From the NCBI GenBank assembly GCA_039024635.1, contig JBCCQA010000021.1:16942-80941 (forward strand): a stretch of 64,000 bases of DNA, given 5' to 3'. Shown here piece after piece: positions 27,663 through 37,606 of the stretch; the stretch's first letter is position 1; each line of letters begins with the position of its first letter. The notes below the pieces were generated by a model. The model searched no databases, was not told the DNA's origin, and worked only from the letters and a program-made list of their open reading frames with translations. The translations under genes were made by a program, and so were the position numbers. This DNA comes from Myxococcota bacterium. GTDB lineage: Bacteria > Myxococcota > Kuafuiibacteriia > Kuafuiibacteriales > Kuafuiibacteriaceae.

Positions 27663-28160
27663 TCAATCCAACAGGAGCTCGATACCCGCGATGGCCAAGT
27701 CGGCGCGAAAGGCCCGACCAACTCCGATGAGGCCCATGCGTCGCAGCGCGGCCCTTCGGAAGGGGCGGTCGGTGCGGTAGGCTTCGAAGTCCTGGTAATC
27801 AAGCTCGATCCGGTGCCATTTGGCCGGTGCCTGGAAAGACCGTCGATACGATTGCCAAGGCCGCGTCAGGTCTTCGGTCCGCAGGTGGCAGCCATAGACT
27901 TCATCGTTGCCGAAGACCTCGAGCCGAAGGCCCCGGGCGCTTCGAGCGCTCGAGGGGAGCTCACCCGCCATCTGGATGAAGCCTCCGTCGTTGTCGAGAC
28001 GAACGTCCCCGGTCATCCGCAGCGCGGGACGGCCCGCGACTTGCTCCAACTTGAGTCGGCCTTCGGAAAGGCCTCCCATCACCCGATCCGTCACCAGGTG
28101 AAGGTCGAGGCCGCCTGCGCAGGGATGCTCGGATGCGGCGTCGAACAAGAGCATGGGCAC
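27663..28160 (-). CDS. CIA30-family protein (complex I intermediate-associated protein 30-like)
   Basis: 165 aa. TDRVMGGLSEGRL and DNDGGFIQM resemble the CIA30 signature (DDxVMGGxS ... NGGFa). Confidence 0.45.
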   Translation of the reverse strand: MPMLLFDAASEHPCAGGLDLHLVTDRVMGGLSEGRLKLEQVAGRPALRMTGDVRLDNDGGFIQMAGELPSSARSARGLRLEVFGNDEVYGCHLRTEDLTRPWQSYRRSFQAPAKWHRIELDYQDFEAYRTDRPFRRAALRRMGLIGVGRAFRADLAIAGIELLLD

Positions 28161-28172
28161 CAGTCTACGGGA

Positions 28173-28496
28173 TCAGCGGGCGTCGACGAGTTCGACTTCG
28201 AACACCAAGGTGCTGTTGGGAGGAATGGCGCCGGGGAAGCCTCGTTCGCCGTAGGCGAGCTCGGGGGGGATGGTGAGCTTGCGCTTCCCGCCTACCTTCA
28301 TGCCTTCGACCCCTTGCTCCCAGCCCTTGATGACCATCCCTGAGCCGAGCTGAAAAGACAGGGGCTCTCCACGGTCGTGGCTGCTGTCGAACTTACTTCC
28401 GTCGGTCAGGGTGCCAGTATAGTGGACGGCCACGGTGTGCCCTGGCTTGGCCTCGGTGCCCGAGCCAGCTTGGAGCTCTTCGATGACGAGCGACAT
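28173..28496 (-). CDS. FKBP-type peptidyl-prolyl cis-trans isomerase
   Basis: 107 aa. [18 protein letters not shown]...[29 protein letters not shown]...TLVFEVELV is canonical FKBP. Confidence 0.85.
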   Translation of the reverse strand: MSLVIEELQAGSGTEAKPGHTVAVHYTGTLTDGSKFDSSHDRGEPLSFQLGSGMVIKGWEQGVEGMKVGGKRKLTIPPELAYGERGFPGAIPPNSTLVFEVELVDAR

Positions 28497-28505
28497 GCGG
28501 AGCCT

Positions 28506-29093
28506 CTAGCCGTCCTGATCGGGATTGCGAAGCGAAACCGTCTGGAGCTGCTCGTGAAGAAGGGTCGCCAGGCGCTCGCGGTCGGCGCGGGGCCCGCTGG
28601 CGGTCGCGCTCCACATGTTGTCGTCCTCGCAGACGTAGAACTCGATGACGCACTCGTCCTGGTACTCGTCCTCCACCCAGACGCCATCTCGGCCGTCGTA
28701 GCTTCGGTCTTGAATGAGCTCGACCTCGCTCGCGGTCTCGACGTGGGCCAGTAGCTCTCGCCTCGTTTCGCAGAGGCCGTCGCGCTTGTTGCCCGTGAAG
28801 TAGAGCTGAGTACGCTCGCCGTTGTAGCGCAGCCTCATGAAGAAGACGGTGTCCTCTCGATCGCCCATTTCCCACGCCCTCAGGAGGAGATCGCGGTCGT
28901 CCTCGGACTTCCCTCGATCGTGCTGGCCTTCGACCATCTCCATGATGCCTTCGAGGGGAAGAAAACTCGGATCGATCTCACCTTTCCACCACTTGGTCTC
29001 GAAGCTCCGCATCAGATGCGCCGGTGGCTTTGGCTCTGGTGAGCCCCCGGCGCAGGCGCCCAGGGCCAGAGCCAGACTCAACGTCGACCGCAT
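28506..29093 (-). CDS. Lipoprotein of unknown function
   Basis: Signal peptide plus lipobox (LALGACAG). 195 aa. No recognisable domain. Confidence 0.4.
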   Translation of the reverse strand: MRSTLSLALALGACAGGSPEPKPPAHLMRSFETKWWKGEIDPSFLPLEGIMEMVEGQHDRGKSEDDRDLLLRAWEMGDREDTVFFMRLRYNGERTQLYFTGNKRDGLCETRRELLAHVETASEVELIQDRSYDGRDGVWVEDEYQDECVIEFYVCEDDNMWSATASGPRADRERLATLLHEQLQTVSLRNPDQDG

Positions 29094-29654
29094 TCATCCA
29101 GGCTAGCGCTGGGACGTGGGATTGTCAGCTGCGCGGTCGTCACCCTCGGCTCGTCCTACTTGGTCAAAGAGTCAGGGCACAGTCGGCTAGTCGACTCTCC
29201 ACGTCTTCGAGTGGGCGGAATAGCCGTTCAGGGGCCTCCAGCTCTCGCAGGCGACCGAGCTGTTGGGACGCTGGGACGTCGCCGAGCTCGTCCATTACGG
29301 GTGACACGTTGGCATGGAAGGGTGGACGCGGACGAACAGTGGAAGCACAGCTGAGCTTCATCGACTTCGGGTTCGTCCAGCGCCGGGTCGCTACCTCGAG
29401 GGACCTGTTTGAGGCCTGGCTGGATGGTCTGGTCCGCCAACCGAGTACCTACCTAGAGGAGCCCCTAGGCGAGACTGTCGCTTTGGAACCGAACGGCCTC
29501 TGGAGTGGGGTTGTAGGCTTGGGTCCGCCGCTCTCCTTCCTCCAGAGGGACGCCGATAAGAGCTATCGCAGACCGTGAACGAGAGTCTCAGGATGCATGA
29601 GGAAAACTCTGGGCTGCGGGTCCCGAACAGCCGTGCTACCCGCGCCCGTCGAAC

Positions 29655-30626
29655 ATGTCCGAAGCCGCCCTTCAGACCCTGCTCTCCCCGGTCGTGCTCT
29701 TTTTTGCCTTGGGCTTCGTGGCGGGGCTGGTCCGATCCAGCCTGAGCGTGCCCGAAGACCTGGCCAAGGGCCTGTCGCTCTACCTCATGCTCGCGATCGG
29801 CTTCAAGGGTGGGGTCGAACTGGCCCACGCAGGCTTCGACCTGGGGATGCTCGGGGCGGTGATCTCGGGCCTGGTCGCAGGCTTTGGGCTCCCGCTCATC
29901 GCCTTCGGCCTGCTCCGCGCCATGACCCGGGTGAGCCACGTCGACGCGGCCGCCATCGCCGCCCATTATGGCTCCATCAGCGTGGTCACTTTCGTCGCCG
30001 CCTCGGACTACATCGATGCGCTGGGGGTGGAGTACGAAGGCTACATGGTGGCGGTGGTCGCTATCATGGAGTCGCCCGCCATCATCGCCGGGCTGATCCT
30101 CGCCCAGCGCGACCCTGCCGCGAAACGGGCCCCCCGATGGGACGCTGACTTCCTTCGTGAGGTCTTCCTGAACGGAAGTGTCTTCTTGCTCTTGGGGGCT
30201 TTGGTCATCGGAATGGCGACGGGAGACAAGGGCTACGACACGGTGGCGCCCTTCATTGCCACGCCCTTCAAGGGGGTCTTGTGCCTCTTCCTGCTCGACA
30301 TGGGCATTGCTGCAGCCTCTCGGCTTCGGTCCGCTTCGGGCCTCGACCATCGCCTAGTCACCTTCGGCCTGATAATGCCGGTGATCGGCGCTACGGTCGG
30401 GCTTGGGCTGTCCTGGTTGGCGGGTCTGTCCGTCGGCAGCGGGGCGCTCCTGATCACGCTATGCGCCAGCGCCTCTTATATTGCCGTGCCGGCCGCCATG
30501 CGTGTGGCCCTACCTCAGGCCAACCCTGCCTACTCCCTCACGCTGTCCCTGGGCGTGACCTTCCCCTTCAACCTCGTCATCGGCATCCCGCTCTACCAGC
30601 GGGCCGCGGAAATCATTCTCGCTTGA
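29655..30626 (+). CDS. sbtA: SbtA-like sodium-dependent bicarbonate transporter family permease (DUF897)
   Basis: 323 aa, ~10 TM. Followed 12 nt later by a PII-like gene, the diagnostic SbtA/SbtB pairing. Confidence 0.55.
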   Translation: MSEAALQTLLSPVVLFFALGFVAGLVRSSLSVPEDLAKGLSLYLMLAIGFKGGVELAHAGFDLGMLGAVISGLVAGFGLPLIAFGLLRAMTRVSHVDAAAIAAHYGSISVVTFVAASDYIDALGVEYEGYMVAVVAIMESPAIIAGLILAQRDPAAKRAPRWDADFLREVFLNGSVFLLLGALVIGMATGDKGYDTVAPFIATPFKGVLCLFLLDMGIAAASRLRSASGLDHRLVTFGLIMPVIGATVGLGLSWLAGLSVGSGALLITLCASASYIAVPAAMRVALPQANPAYSLTLSLGVTFPFNLVIGIPLYQRAAEIILA

Positions 30627-30638
30627 AAGGAATCAAAT

Positions 30639-30953
30639 ATGACGATCGAAACCCACGCTCGGAAGAGACTCGAGATGATCATCGAGCAGCCTCACCTGCC
30701 GCAATTCATCAGGCTCTTCGAGCAGCAAGACGTACGCGGCTATACGGTCTTGGACTCCAAGTCGGGAAAAGGGAGCCGAGGCTTCTGGTCCCCAGCTCGC
30801 CTCAGCAGTGTGGATGACCGGGTGATGATCGTGGCGGTCGCCGACGAAGAGACGATTCAGCGGGTCCTGAGCGAGCTTCAGGCCTTGTTCGAGCAGCTTC
30901 CGGGCGTCGCCTTCGTGTCCGACGTCCAGGTCATCCGGCCGGATCGTTTCTGA
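30639..30953 (+). CDS. sbtB: PII-like signalling protein SbtB
   Basis: 104 aa PII/GlnB-like fold (MIIEQPHLPQFIRLFEQQDVRGYTVLDSKSGKGSRG...DDRVMIVAVADEE). Immediately downstream of the sbtA-like gene. Confidence 0.55.
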   Translation: MTIETHARKRLEMIIEQPHLPQFIRLFEQQDVRGYTVLDSKSGKGSRGFWSPARLSSVDDRVMIVAVADEETIQRVLSELQALFEQLPGVAFVSDVQVIRPDRF

Positions 30954-31187
30954 AGCCGGCTGAAACCGGCGAAGTCGCCCTAGAGCCCATCGGCATCGCT
31001 CGGCCTTCTAGACCGGCTCGTATGGATGAAGCCATCGCGCTCGTCCTTCACGGTTCCTCGCCAGGGAGTCTCCGCAGACCAATTCTTCCAATCTCCCTCG
31101 TCCATGATCTTGAAGACAAACACCACGTTCCATCCCTAGCCGAAAGGCTTCCTCGGGCGAAGCTCGGCTGCTAAGTGTACGCCGAGC

Positions 31188-31883
31188 ATGGGGCACGCTG
31201 GCGACCTCCATGCCCGCAAGCGTCTGACTCGCGGGGCTGCGATTCACTTCCAGAAGGATACGCTATTCGATCGACTGGCTCGGGTCGTCTGCCAGGCTGG
31301 GTGCCTGCCTCGAAAAGAGCTGTATGAGTCTTGGGAGGTCGCGCGCAGAGTTCAGCGCCGAATGAGGGGGGGCCGAGTCGTCGACCTGGCCTGCGGACAT
31401 GGTCTGTTGGGGGCCATCCTGCTGATCCTCGACCGAACGAGAACTCTCGGGGTCGGCGTCGACCGTCGGATTCCCCCTTGTACGGTTCGATTGCGGGCGG
31501 CTCTGGAGGAGGCGTGGCCCTTTCTGAGCGACCGCTGGCGTCTGATGGAAGGCGACCTTTCCACCTTCCCCCTTGGCGCCGATGACGTGGTGGTCTCGGC
31601 CCACGCCTGTGGAGGGCTGAGCGACCTCGTCCTCGAACGAGCTGCGGAGGTCCGGGCCCGAGTGGCCGTGATGCCCTGCTGTCATGCCGTGGGACGAGGT
31701 GATTTGGGCGGCCTGACCGGCTGGCTATCGCCTGCGATGGCCATGGATGTGAGCCGAGCGGCGGCGCTCCGGGCCAGAAGCTACCATGTTCATACCCAGA
31801 CCATTCCCGAGGCCATCACGCCTCAAAACCGACTTCTCTTCGGCGTTCCGGTCGGAGGCTCACCGGGCGTCAACCAGAGTTGA
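31188..31883 (+). CDS. Class I SAM-dependent methyltransferase-like protein
   Basis: VVDLACGHGLLG (motif I). 231 aa. Confidence 0.4.
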   Translation: MGHAGDLHARKRLTRGAAIHFQKDTLFDRLARVVCQAGCLPRKELYESWEVARRVQRRMRGGRVVDLACGHGLLGAILLILDRTRTLGVGVDRRIPPCTVRLRAALEEAWPFLSDRWRLMEGDLSTFPLGADDVVVSAHACGGLSDLVLERAAEVRARVAVMPCCHAVGRGDLGGLTGWLSPAMAMDVSRAAALRARSYHVHTQTIPEAITPQNRLLFGVPVGGSPGVNQS

Positions 31884-33814
31884 CGACGGCCCTCGACCTC
31901 GCCGATGGCCATGGGCCCACTCAATGAAGTACTGGGCAGCAGCTCGAATCCTTCTGGGAACTCGACGGGGGAGGCGCTGCAGTTCCTGGCGTCCAGCGTG
32001 CAGACACAGGGGGTCTGGTCCTCCCCATCCTGTACGAAGCCCCACACCGACTCCGCCCGGGCGTCGTCGAGGCGATGGGCGAAGCGAAGAAAGCTCGGGC
32101 CCAAGGCATCCTGGACCAGGTCGAGGCCTTCGACTCGGTGCGCTCGGGACGGTGAGCTCGTACCGAGCCAAAGTGCGCCTCGATGGTCGAGCCATGGTCC
32201 CTGGCTGCGTTCGTCTTGCATGATGGGCTGCAGTTCTTGGCCGTCGAATCGAGCCAGCGCTGTCGTACCCTGGTTGTCGACGAAGTAGCGCACGAGTAGT
32301 CCGTCGGCATCGGCGACCAAGACCTGCAGTGATCGGCCCCGAGCCAAGCGGGTGAGTGAGCGCCCATGGGACAAGTACAGACCTTGGCGGGACTCGTCTT
32401 CGGCCTGAAGCGCCAATAGCCCACCGCTAGTGAGCCAATGGGCGGAGCCGAGCGCCAGTCCTTCGAAAGCGACCGGCTCCTCACCGTTCTCCAGCACGTG
32501 CAGGCTGGCCTTTCCTTGGAATGCATGAGTGACCCATAGGCGACCCTGGGGGCTGAGGCTGGAGTTCAAGAGCGTGCCTTCGAAAGTCTGGACCAGTGGG
32601 ACCTCACCGTCTCGATCCAGCAAGAGGGTAGACTGGCCCGTGTTCAGGTTTCCAAAGCTCTCGGGAACGGCGGCCCGCGCGCCGTCGACTTCGTGGATTC
32701 TGAACCCAAGGGACCTCTGGCCGACGAAGGCCGCCTCACCGGTGGGACTCAAGGTATAAAGGTGCATGTCGTTGGTGGGCCGGGTCAGCATGAGCCAACC
32801 CGAGGAAGCTCGAGTCAGGGAGACCACGAAGCCTCTCGTCGTGAGGAGTTCGGGGCCCTCCAAGCGGTGAAGCCGATCTCCTTGGTTTAGTTCGTGAGCG
32901 AACCACAGTCCTTCACCGGGCGCGTGGAGGAGACTGGTTCTGCAGTCGCCGGAGGCCGGCTCCAAGCGGTCCAGAACGCCTTGAAGGGGGTCGATGAGCT
33001 GAAGCTCTGCGCCGTCCGCTTCGGGCACACAAAACCAGCGCTGGTGATCCTCCAAGGCCAGCCCTTCTCGCGTCACTCGAGCGTTCAAGAGTCGTAGCCC
33101 ATCAGCTGTGATCAGGGTCCGGGCGCCGAGGCGGCCATCGACCGCGCCGCGCTCGATCCATATCAGCTCGTCGGTCGAGAAGTCGGTGCCGAAGGCGTAC
33201 AGGCCTTTGGATGTGGCCAGCGTCTGCATCACGCGGGTTCTGTCCGGGACGAGCTGCTGGAGCTCCCCGTCGGCCCAGACCAACACGCCGAACTCGCTCT
33301 CGATGTGGACGACGCCTGCCATCGGCTGAGTCATCCTGGAGCTGCGCGCATCCAGGTCGAACTCGTGAACGAGACCCCCGTCGAAGATCCGGAAGTGGTT
33401 TTCGTCTTGAAGGACCACGCTGCCATCTTCGGCGATGACGACGGCTGTGTGAGGACGGGCCTCTGTCACGACCAACCCGGGGAGAAACTGGGCCACGGAA
33501 CCCCGTTGAACGATGACGAAGCCCGTCTCGCATCCCGGGGGTGCCGCCTCGCCATCACAGAAGATGGGGACCACAGCGGTCTGGTCCGTACTCTGTACGG
33601 TAGCCGCCAGCCGGCGACTGATCTGGTGGTGCCCGGCGGGAAGAGTCAGAAGATTTGCCCCCTCCAGGTCGACGGCAGTATCGCGACCGAGTTCGAGCTG
33701 ACGAAGAGGCGGGGCGGAGCATTCGGCTGCCGGGATCTCGCTTTGCAGACCGTCAGGCGCATCCTCGCAGCCGCAGAGCAGAATAATCGAAAGCGCAGGA
33801 TAGAAAGTCTTCAT
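31823..33814 (-). CDS. Large secreted lipoprotein, repeat-rich (beta-propeller-like), unknown function
   Basis: Start taken at internal Met MKTFYPALSIILLCGCEDAP (lipobox). The 76 upstream codons of the track ORF are Arg/Ser-rich and unlikely to be coding. ~660 aa. Confidence 0.35.
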   Translation of the reverse strand: MKTFYPALSIILLCGCEDAPDGLQSEIPAAECSAPPLRQLELGRDTAVDLEGANLLTLPAGHHQISRRLAATVQSTDQTAVVPIFCDGEAAPPGCETGFVIVQRGSVAQFLPGLVVTEARPHTAVVIAEDGSVVLQDENHFRIFDGGLVHEFDLDARSSRMTQPMAGVVHIESEFGVLVWADGELQQLVPDRTRVMQTLATSKGLYAFGTDFSTDELIWIERGAVDGRLGARTLITADGLRLLNARVTREGLALEDHQRWFCVPEADGAELQLIDPLQGVLDRLEPASGDCRTSLLHAPGEGLWFAHELNQGDRLHRLEGPELLTTRGFVVSLTRASSGWLMLTRPTNDMHLYTLSPTGEAAFVGQRSLGFRIHEVDGARAAVPESFGNLNTGQSTLLLDRDGEVPLVQTFEGTLLNSSLSPQGRLWVTHAFQGKASLHVLENGEEPVAFEGLALGSAHWLTSGGLLALQAEDESRQGLYLSHGRSLTRLARGRSLQVLVADADGLLVRYFVDNQGTTALARFDGQELQPIMQDERSQGPWLDHRGALWLGTSSPSRAHRVEGLDLVQDALGPSFLRFAHRLDDARAESVWGFVQDGEDQTPCVCTLDARNCSASPVEFPEGFELLPSTSLSGPMAIGEVEGRRQLWLTPGEPPTGTPKRSRF

Positions 33815-33899
33815 GCACGGGCTCCCGATTCCCTCATGTGTCGGGTGAGCTCGACTGATCAAGTGCTGCCACGAGCCTCGCTCATCGAGGCCGGGCGGC

Positions 33900-35192
33900 C
33901 TACGGGCAGTTGCTGCCCCGGCTGTCGAATAGGCTCTCCTCGAAGAAGGTATGTCCGAGCTCGCCGATTTCCAGGCCGAAGAAGCTAGCGGTTGCGTTGC
34001 CGCGAAGACTGTGTTGCCCGCCGACCTCCACGCAGAGCCCACTCAGCACCGTACCCAACAGGCTGCCCGCAGCGGTATAAATGTTGTCGAAGCGGACACT
34101 CGCGCTGTCCCCCAGCGCGTTGAAGATGATTCGGGGCGCGGCGAGGGCAAAGGTGAAACCAACCCCTCCCATCGAGCCGGCTGTGTTGGGCTCAGATACT
34201 TCGACGTCCGGGGTGCCACTGCCCTCGTCGGGGCTCAGGCCGGAAGCGTCACCCGAGAATCCCGAGCTTGCTCCGCCCACTCGGAAGCGGCCCTCAAAGG
34301 TCGTGGAGGCCGACAGCAAGGAGGGAAGCTGGACGTCGGCCAGCAGGTTGAAGGTGATGGCGACGTTGAGGCCGAGAGGCAAGGCGGTGGGAATGGGCAC
34401 GACGATCCGGAAGGGGCCTGGCAGAACGAGGGTGGTGCTGGCCGTTTCGGCATTGGCGCCTGCGACCAACACCTCGATGTCGAAGCCAAGCCGTTCGACC
34501 GAACTCGCGAACTGGACCACGTCGCCTCCCTGGACCTCGTAGTTCAAGCCGTGTCGGAAGTAGCCGACGGTACCCTGGGCGACGGCACGAAACTCGCCTC
34601 CCGAGGTCGTCCGGCTGACCACGATCTCGACCTCCAATTGCCGGATGCCTGAGTCGGGGCGAACTTGAACCGAGACCGAGAAGCCGTCGACCTCGGTGCT
34701 GTACATGACCTGATCGGCCAGGCCGTCTTTTCGTTCCAACTCCAGGTCGCCCAAAAAGACCTTAGCCTCCATCTCTGGCGTTCCGTCCAGGGCGAGGTCC
34801 CAGGTCAGCTGACCGTCGGTCACGAGCTCGTTCAGCGTGGCGTCGCGACCGGTAACTACGAGTTCGCTTCCATTGACGGTCGTCTCCTCTACTCGGATCA
34901 AAGCGAGCTCTCCGACCAGCAAGACGTCGTCGACTTCGATGTCCACTCCGGCCGCTTCCAGCTCCGAAAGGTCCCAGACGTAGCGATCGGCCTGAAGGTC
35001 CGACTCCAGCAAGGCCGTGTCTCGGAGCCCGACATCGACCACCACGGACGACTCTGTCAGCTGAAGGTCCTCGGTCAGCGTATTGGGTCCGTCATCGAGG
35101 TTTGGACCGGGGCCCATGGCTGCGTCCTCGCTTCCACAGGACAGGTTCGATCCGAGCAGGGCGAGGAGGGCCAGCGTCCAAGGCGTTCTCAT
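33900..35192 (-). CDS. Secreted lipoprotein, unknown function
   Basis: MRTPWTLALLALLGSNLSCG lipobox signal. 430 aa, Gly/Ser/Thr-rich, beta-rich. Confidence 0.35.
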   Translation of the reverse strand: MRTPWTLALLALLGSNLSCGSEDAAMGPGPNLDDGPNTLTEDLQLTESSVVVDVGLRDTALLESDLQADRYVWDLSELEAAGVDIEVDDVLLVGELALIRVEETTVNGSELVVTGRDATLNELVTDGQLTWDLALDGTPEMEAKVFLGDLELERKDGLADQVMYSTEVDGFSVSVQVRPDSGIRQLEVEIVVSRTTSGGEFRAVAQGTVGYFRHGLNYEVQGGDVVQFASSVERLGFDIEVLVAGANAETASTTLVLPGPFRIVVPIPTALPLGLNVAITFNLLADVQLPSLLSASTTFEGRFRVGGASSGFSGDASGLSPDEGSGTPDVEVSEPNTAGSMGGVGFTFALAAPRIIFNALGDSASVRFDNIYTAAGSLLGTVLSGLCVEVGGQHSLRGNATASFFGLEIGELGHTFFEESLFDSRGSNCP

Positions 35193-35273
35193 GGCGTCAA
35201 TCTAGCCAGCACAGGGCGCTACGAGAAGGCAGGCGCCTGACCTAGGGGCCAGCCCGCAGCGTCTGCGCTTCTC

Positions 35274-35753
35274 ATGGGCTTGGGCTCGTGGCATCCGGCC
35301 GTCGTGACGCAAGAAGCCAGTGGGCGGCCCCCCTCGATCACCGACTACCCCGTTCATACTCGGGACAAGATCCGGTACGGCGATACCGATCGCCAGGGCC
35401 ACGTCAACAACGCGATCTTCGCAAGCTTCTTGGAAACGGGACGCGTTGAAGTCTTGCTCCGTCCCGAGTCTCCCATGACGGACGATGGCTGCGCCTTCGT
35501 CATTGCTCGGCTGAGCCTGGATTTCAAAGCCGAGCTCAAGTGGCCAGGAGAGGTCATCATCGGAACTCGGGTTGCACGCATTGGTCGAAGCAGTATCGGT
35601 CTCGAGCAATCCATCTTTCAGGATGAGGTCTGGGCCGCTTCGGCCGAGACTGTGATCGTCCAGGTCGAAGGCGAGAGCGGACGATCGAGTGCTCTTTCCC
35701 AGGCGACGATCCTTCGTCTCAAAGCCTTACTTGGTCCGGGCGACGGCGCGTGA
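35274..35753 (+). CDS. Hotdog-fold acyl-CoA thioesterase (YbgC/4HBT family)
   Basis: YGDTDRQGHVNNAIF catalytic motif. 159 aa. Confidence 0.65.
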   Translation: MGLGSWHPAVVTQEASGRPPSITDYPVHTRDKIRYGDTDRQGHVNNAIFASFLETGRVEVLLRPESPMTDDGCAFVIARLSLDFKAELKWPGEVIIGTRVARIGRSSIGLEQSIFQDEVWAASAETVIVQVEGESGRSSALSQATILRLKALLGPGDGA

Positions 35754-35811
35754 AAGTGCGAATGGACTTTGGTCCCGACCTTGGGCATGGCTCCTCTCTC
35801 GACGGAAGGAG

Positions 35812-36675
35812 ATGGGCGCCGAGATCACGTCAGGGCTGACCCCTCACTTTCGCAGTTGGTTGGGACGTTCGGCCTTTGGGGCGGACGGCTTCGATCGCCC
35901 GGAGCTCCAAGGGGGGAGCTTCGGTGGTCGGTTCGTACCCGAGCAGCCGGTCAAGGGCCCACCGTTCGTCTTCATCCACGGCAACGGAGACGCGGCCCTG
36001 GGTTCGGGCGGCCCCCTCTTCAACGGCTGGACCGAGGTATTGGGGTCCTTCTTGGCCGCTGGCTATGGCTTCGAGCGGCTGTACGGGACGACATGGGGCC
36101 CTGCCGATCCTCGACTCGTGCGGCGACAGTCTCACGACCGACATCGAGTGGGTCGGGTCCGTCGCTTCATCGAAGCGGTCCTGGCCTATACCGGCCAGCC
36201 CCGGGCGAACGTCGTCGCTCACTCGATGGGTGTGACCTTGGCCCGCAAGGCCATCCAGGGTGGTCGCCTTCTGGATGAGCGGGGATGGACTGAGCTCGGG
36301 CCTCCCTTGGCCTCCCGGATCGGTACCTTCATCGGAATTGCCGGAGCCAACCAGGGCTTGAGGGCTGCACTGCGTAATCCTCTGGTTCGCGCTTGGAATC
36401 CGATCAACGGTTTCTTTCCAGGTCTGCCATCGCCGCTTGGCTTCGTGGGCCAGAGTCTCTTCTTGAAGGATGTCAATCGTAGGCCGCGAGCTGCCGCACG
36501 CGTCTACTCGATCTGGTCTCGGGGCGACGGAATCGTTGATGTCTCTCTCGGGGGACGGCCTTCCGCGCGAATTCCCATGCAGGACGATGAGGTGGTCTTC
36601 GAAGACTTGAACCACTTCGAAGTGAAGGACCGCGCGGGTCCGACGCTGATCGAACTTTGCGAAGCGCCGGACTGA
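35812..36675 (+). CDS. Lipase-class-2-like alpha/beta hydrolase
   Basis: Internal Met (MGAEITSG) avoids the overlap with the thioesterase gene. FVFIHGNGD oxyanion region and AHSMG nucleophile elbow. Confidence 0.5.
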   Translation: MGAEITSGLTPHFRSWLGRSAFGADGFDRPELQGGSFGGRFVPEQPVKGPPFVFIHGNGDAALGSGGPLFNGWTEVLGSFLAAGYGFERLYGTTWGPADPRLVRRQSHDRHRVGRVRRFIEAVLAYTGQPRANVVAHSMGVTLARKAIQGGRLLDERGWTELGPPLASRIGTFIGIAGANQGLRAALRNPLVRAWNPINGFFPGLPSPLGFVGQSLFLKDVNRRPRAAARVYSIWSRGDGIVDVSLGGRPSARIPMQDDEVVFEDLNHFEVKDRAGPTLIELCEAPD

Positions 36676-36691
36676 GGCATCCGCCGATGGC

Positions 36692-37606
36692 TTGGTGCGT
36701 CTACGACGCAGTGCGTATAAGGCCCTGAACCCGCATTTGATACGCAGTTTGACAGAAAAGGTCGCAAGTCGTAGCGGTCTGCGGGCGGTGGCTTCGGTGG
36801 CAGAAACGGTGGGCGCCATGGTGGCGGCCTTCGCCCCACGGGCCGTCAAGACGGCCGAACTGGAGCTGGCCGCCGCCCAGTTGGGCATCGACGCGAGCCA
36901 GGTTCGCGTGGCCCTCAGTCGGCTGCGGCGCCAGGGAAAGGTAGAGCCCGAGAACCGAGGCCTCTACCGCTTGTCCTCGAAGGTTCAGCTTCAGCAGACC
37001 GCCCTCGGTCGCTGGTGGGAGCGCTTGGATGGGCTCGAGACCAAGTGGACCAAGCGCTTTTACGTCGCGCTCACGAGCTGGGTACCGAAGAGCGACCGAA
37101 AGGCCGCCCGAAGTCGAGGTCGCGCTCTGACCCGCCTCGGGTTCCGGGAGCACCGGCCCGGCATGTCCCTCCGACCGGCCAACCTGCGGCTCGGCTTGGA
37201 GCAAATGAAGGACCTGCTACAGAAGCTCGGCTTTGACCAACAGGGTGACCTCCTGGTCGCGAGCGGCCTGAGCTTCGACGCGAGGCCTTACTGGAGCGAG
37301 CCCGTCGACTACCGCGCCCGCGCGACCGCGCTTCGGGGTGGCCTGGCTGCTCTGAAACGGGACGGCACGGTGGAGGCGGCGATGACCTCCTTCACCGTGG
37401 CCAACGAGATGATCCGGGAGGCGGTGCGAGATCCGTTGCTGCCTCACGAATGGGTGGACTCGAATGCGCGCGCCGATTTCTGGCGCGCCCTCGTCGACTA
37501 CGACGCCTACGGGCGCACCCTTTGGAAGAAGAACGTGTGGGACCGCGTCGCGACCCATTCGAGAGGCCCGAATCGGGCCGGGAAGAGGACCGCTAAGAGC
37601 GGATGA
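36692..37606 (+). CDS. Putative transcriptional regulator (PaaX-like?), weak
   Basis: 304 aa, basic, helical. Resemblance to the PaaX family is by gestalt only. Confidence 0.25.
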   Translation: MVRLRRSAYKALNPHLIRSLTEKVASRSGLRAVASVAETVGAMVAAFAPRAVKTAELELAAAQLGIDASQVRVALSRLRRQGKVEPENRGLYRLSSKVQLQQTALGRWWERLDGLETKWTKRFYVALTSWVPKSDRKAARSRGRALTRLGFREHRPGMSLRPANLRLGLEQMKDLLQKLGFDQQGDLLVASGLSFDARPYWSEPVDYRARATALRGGLAALKRDGTVEAAMTSFTVANEMIREAVRDPLLPHEWVDSNARADFWRALVDYDAYGRTLWKKNVWDRVATHSRGPNRAGKRTAKSG

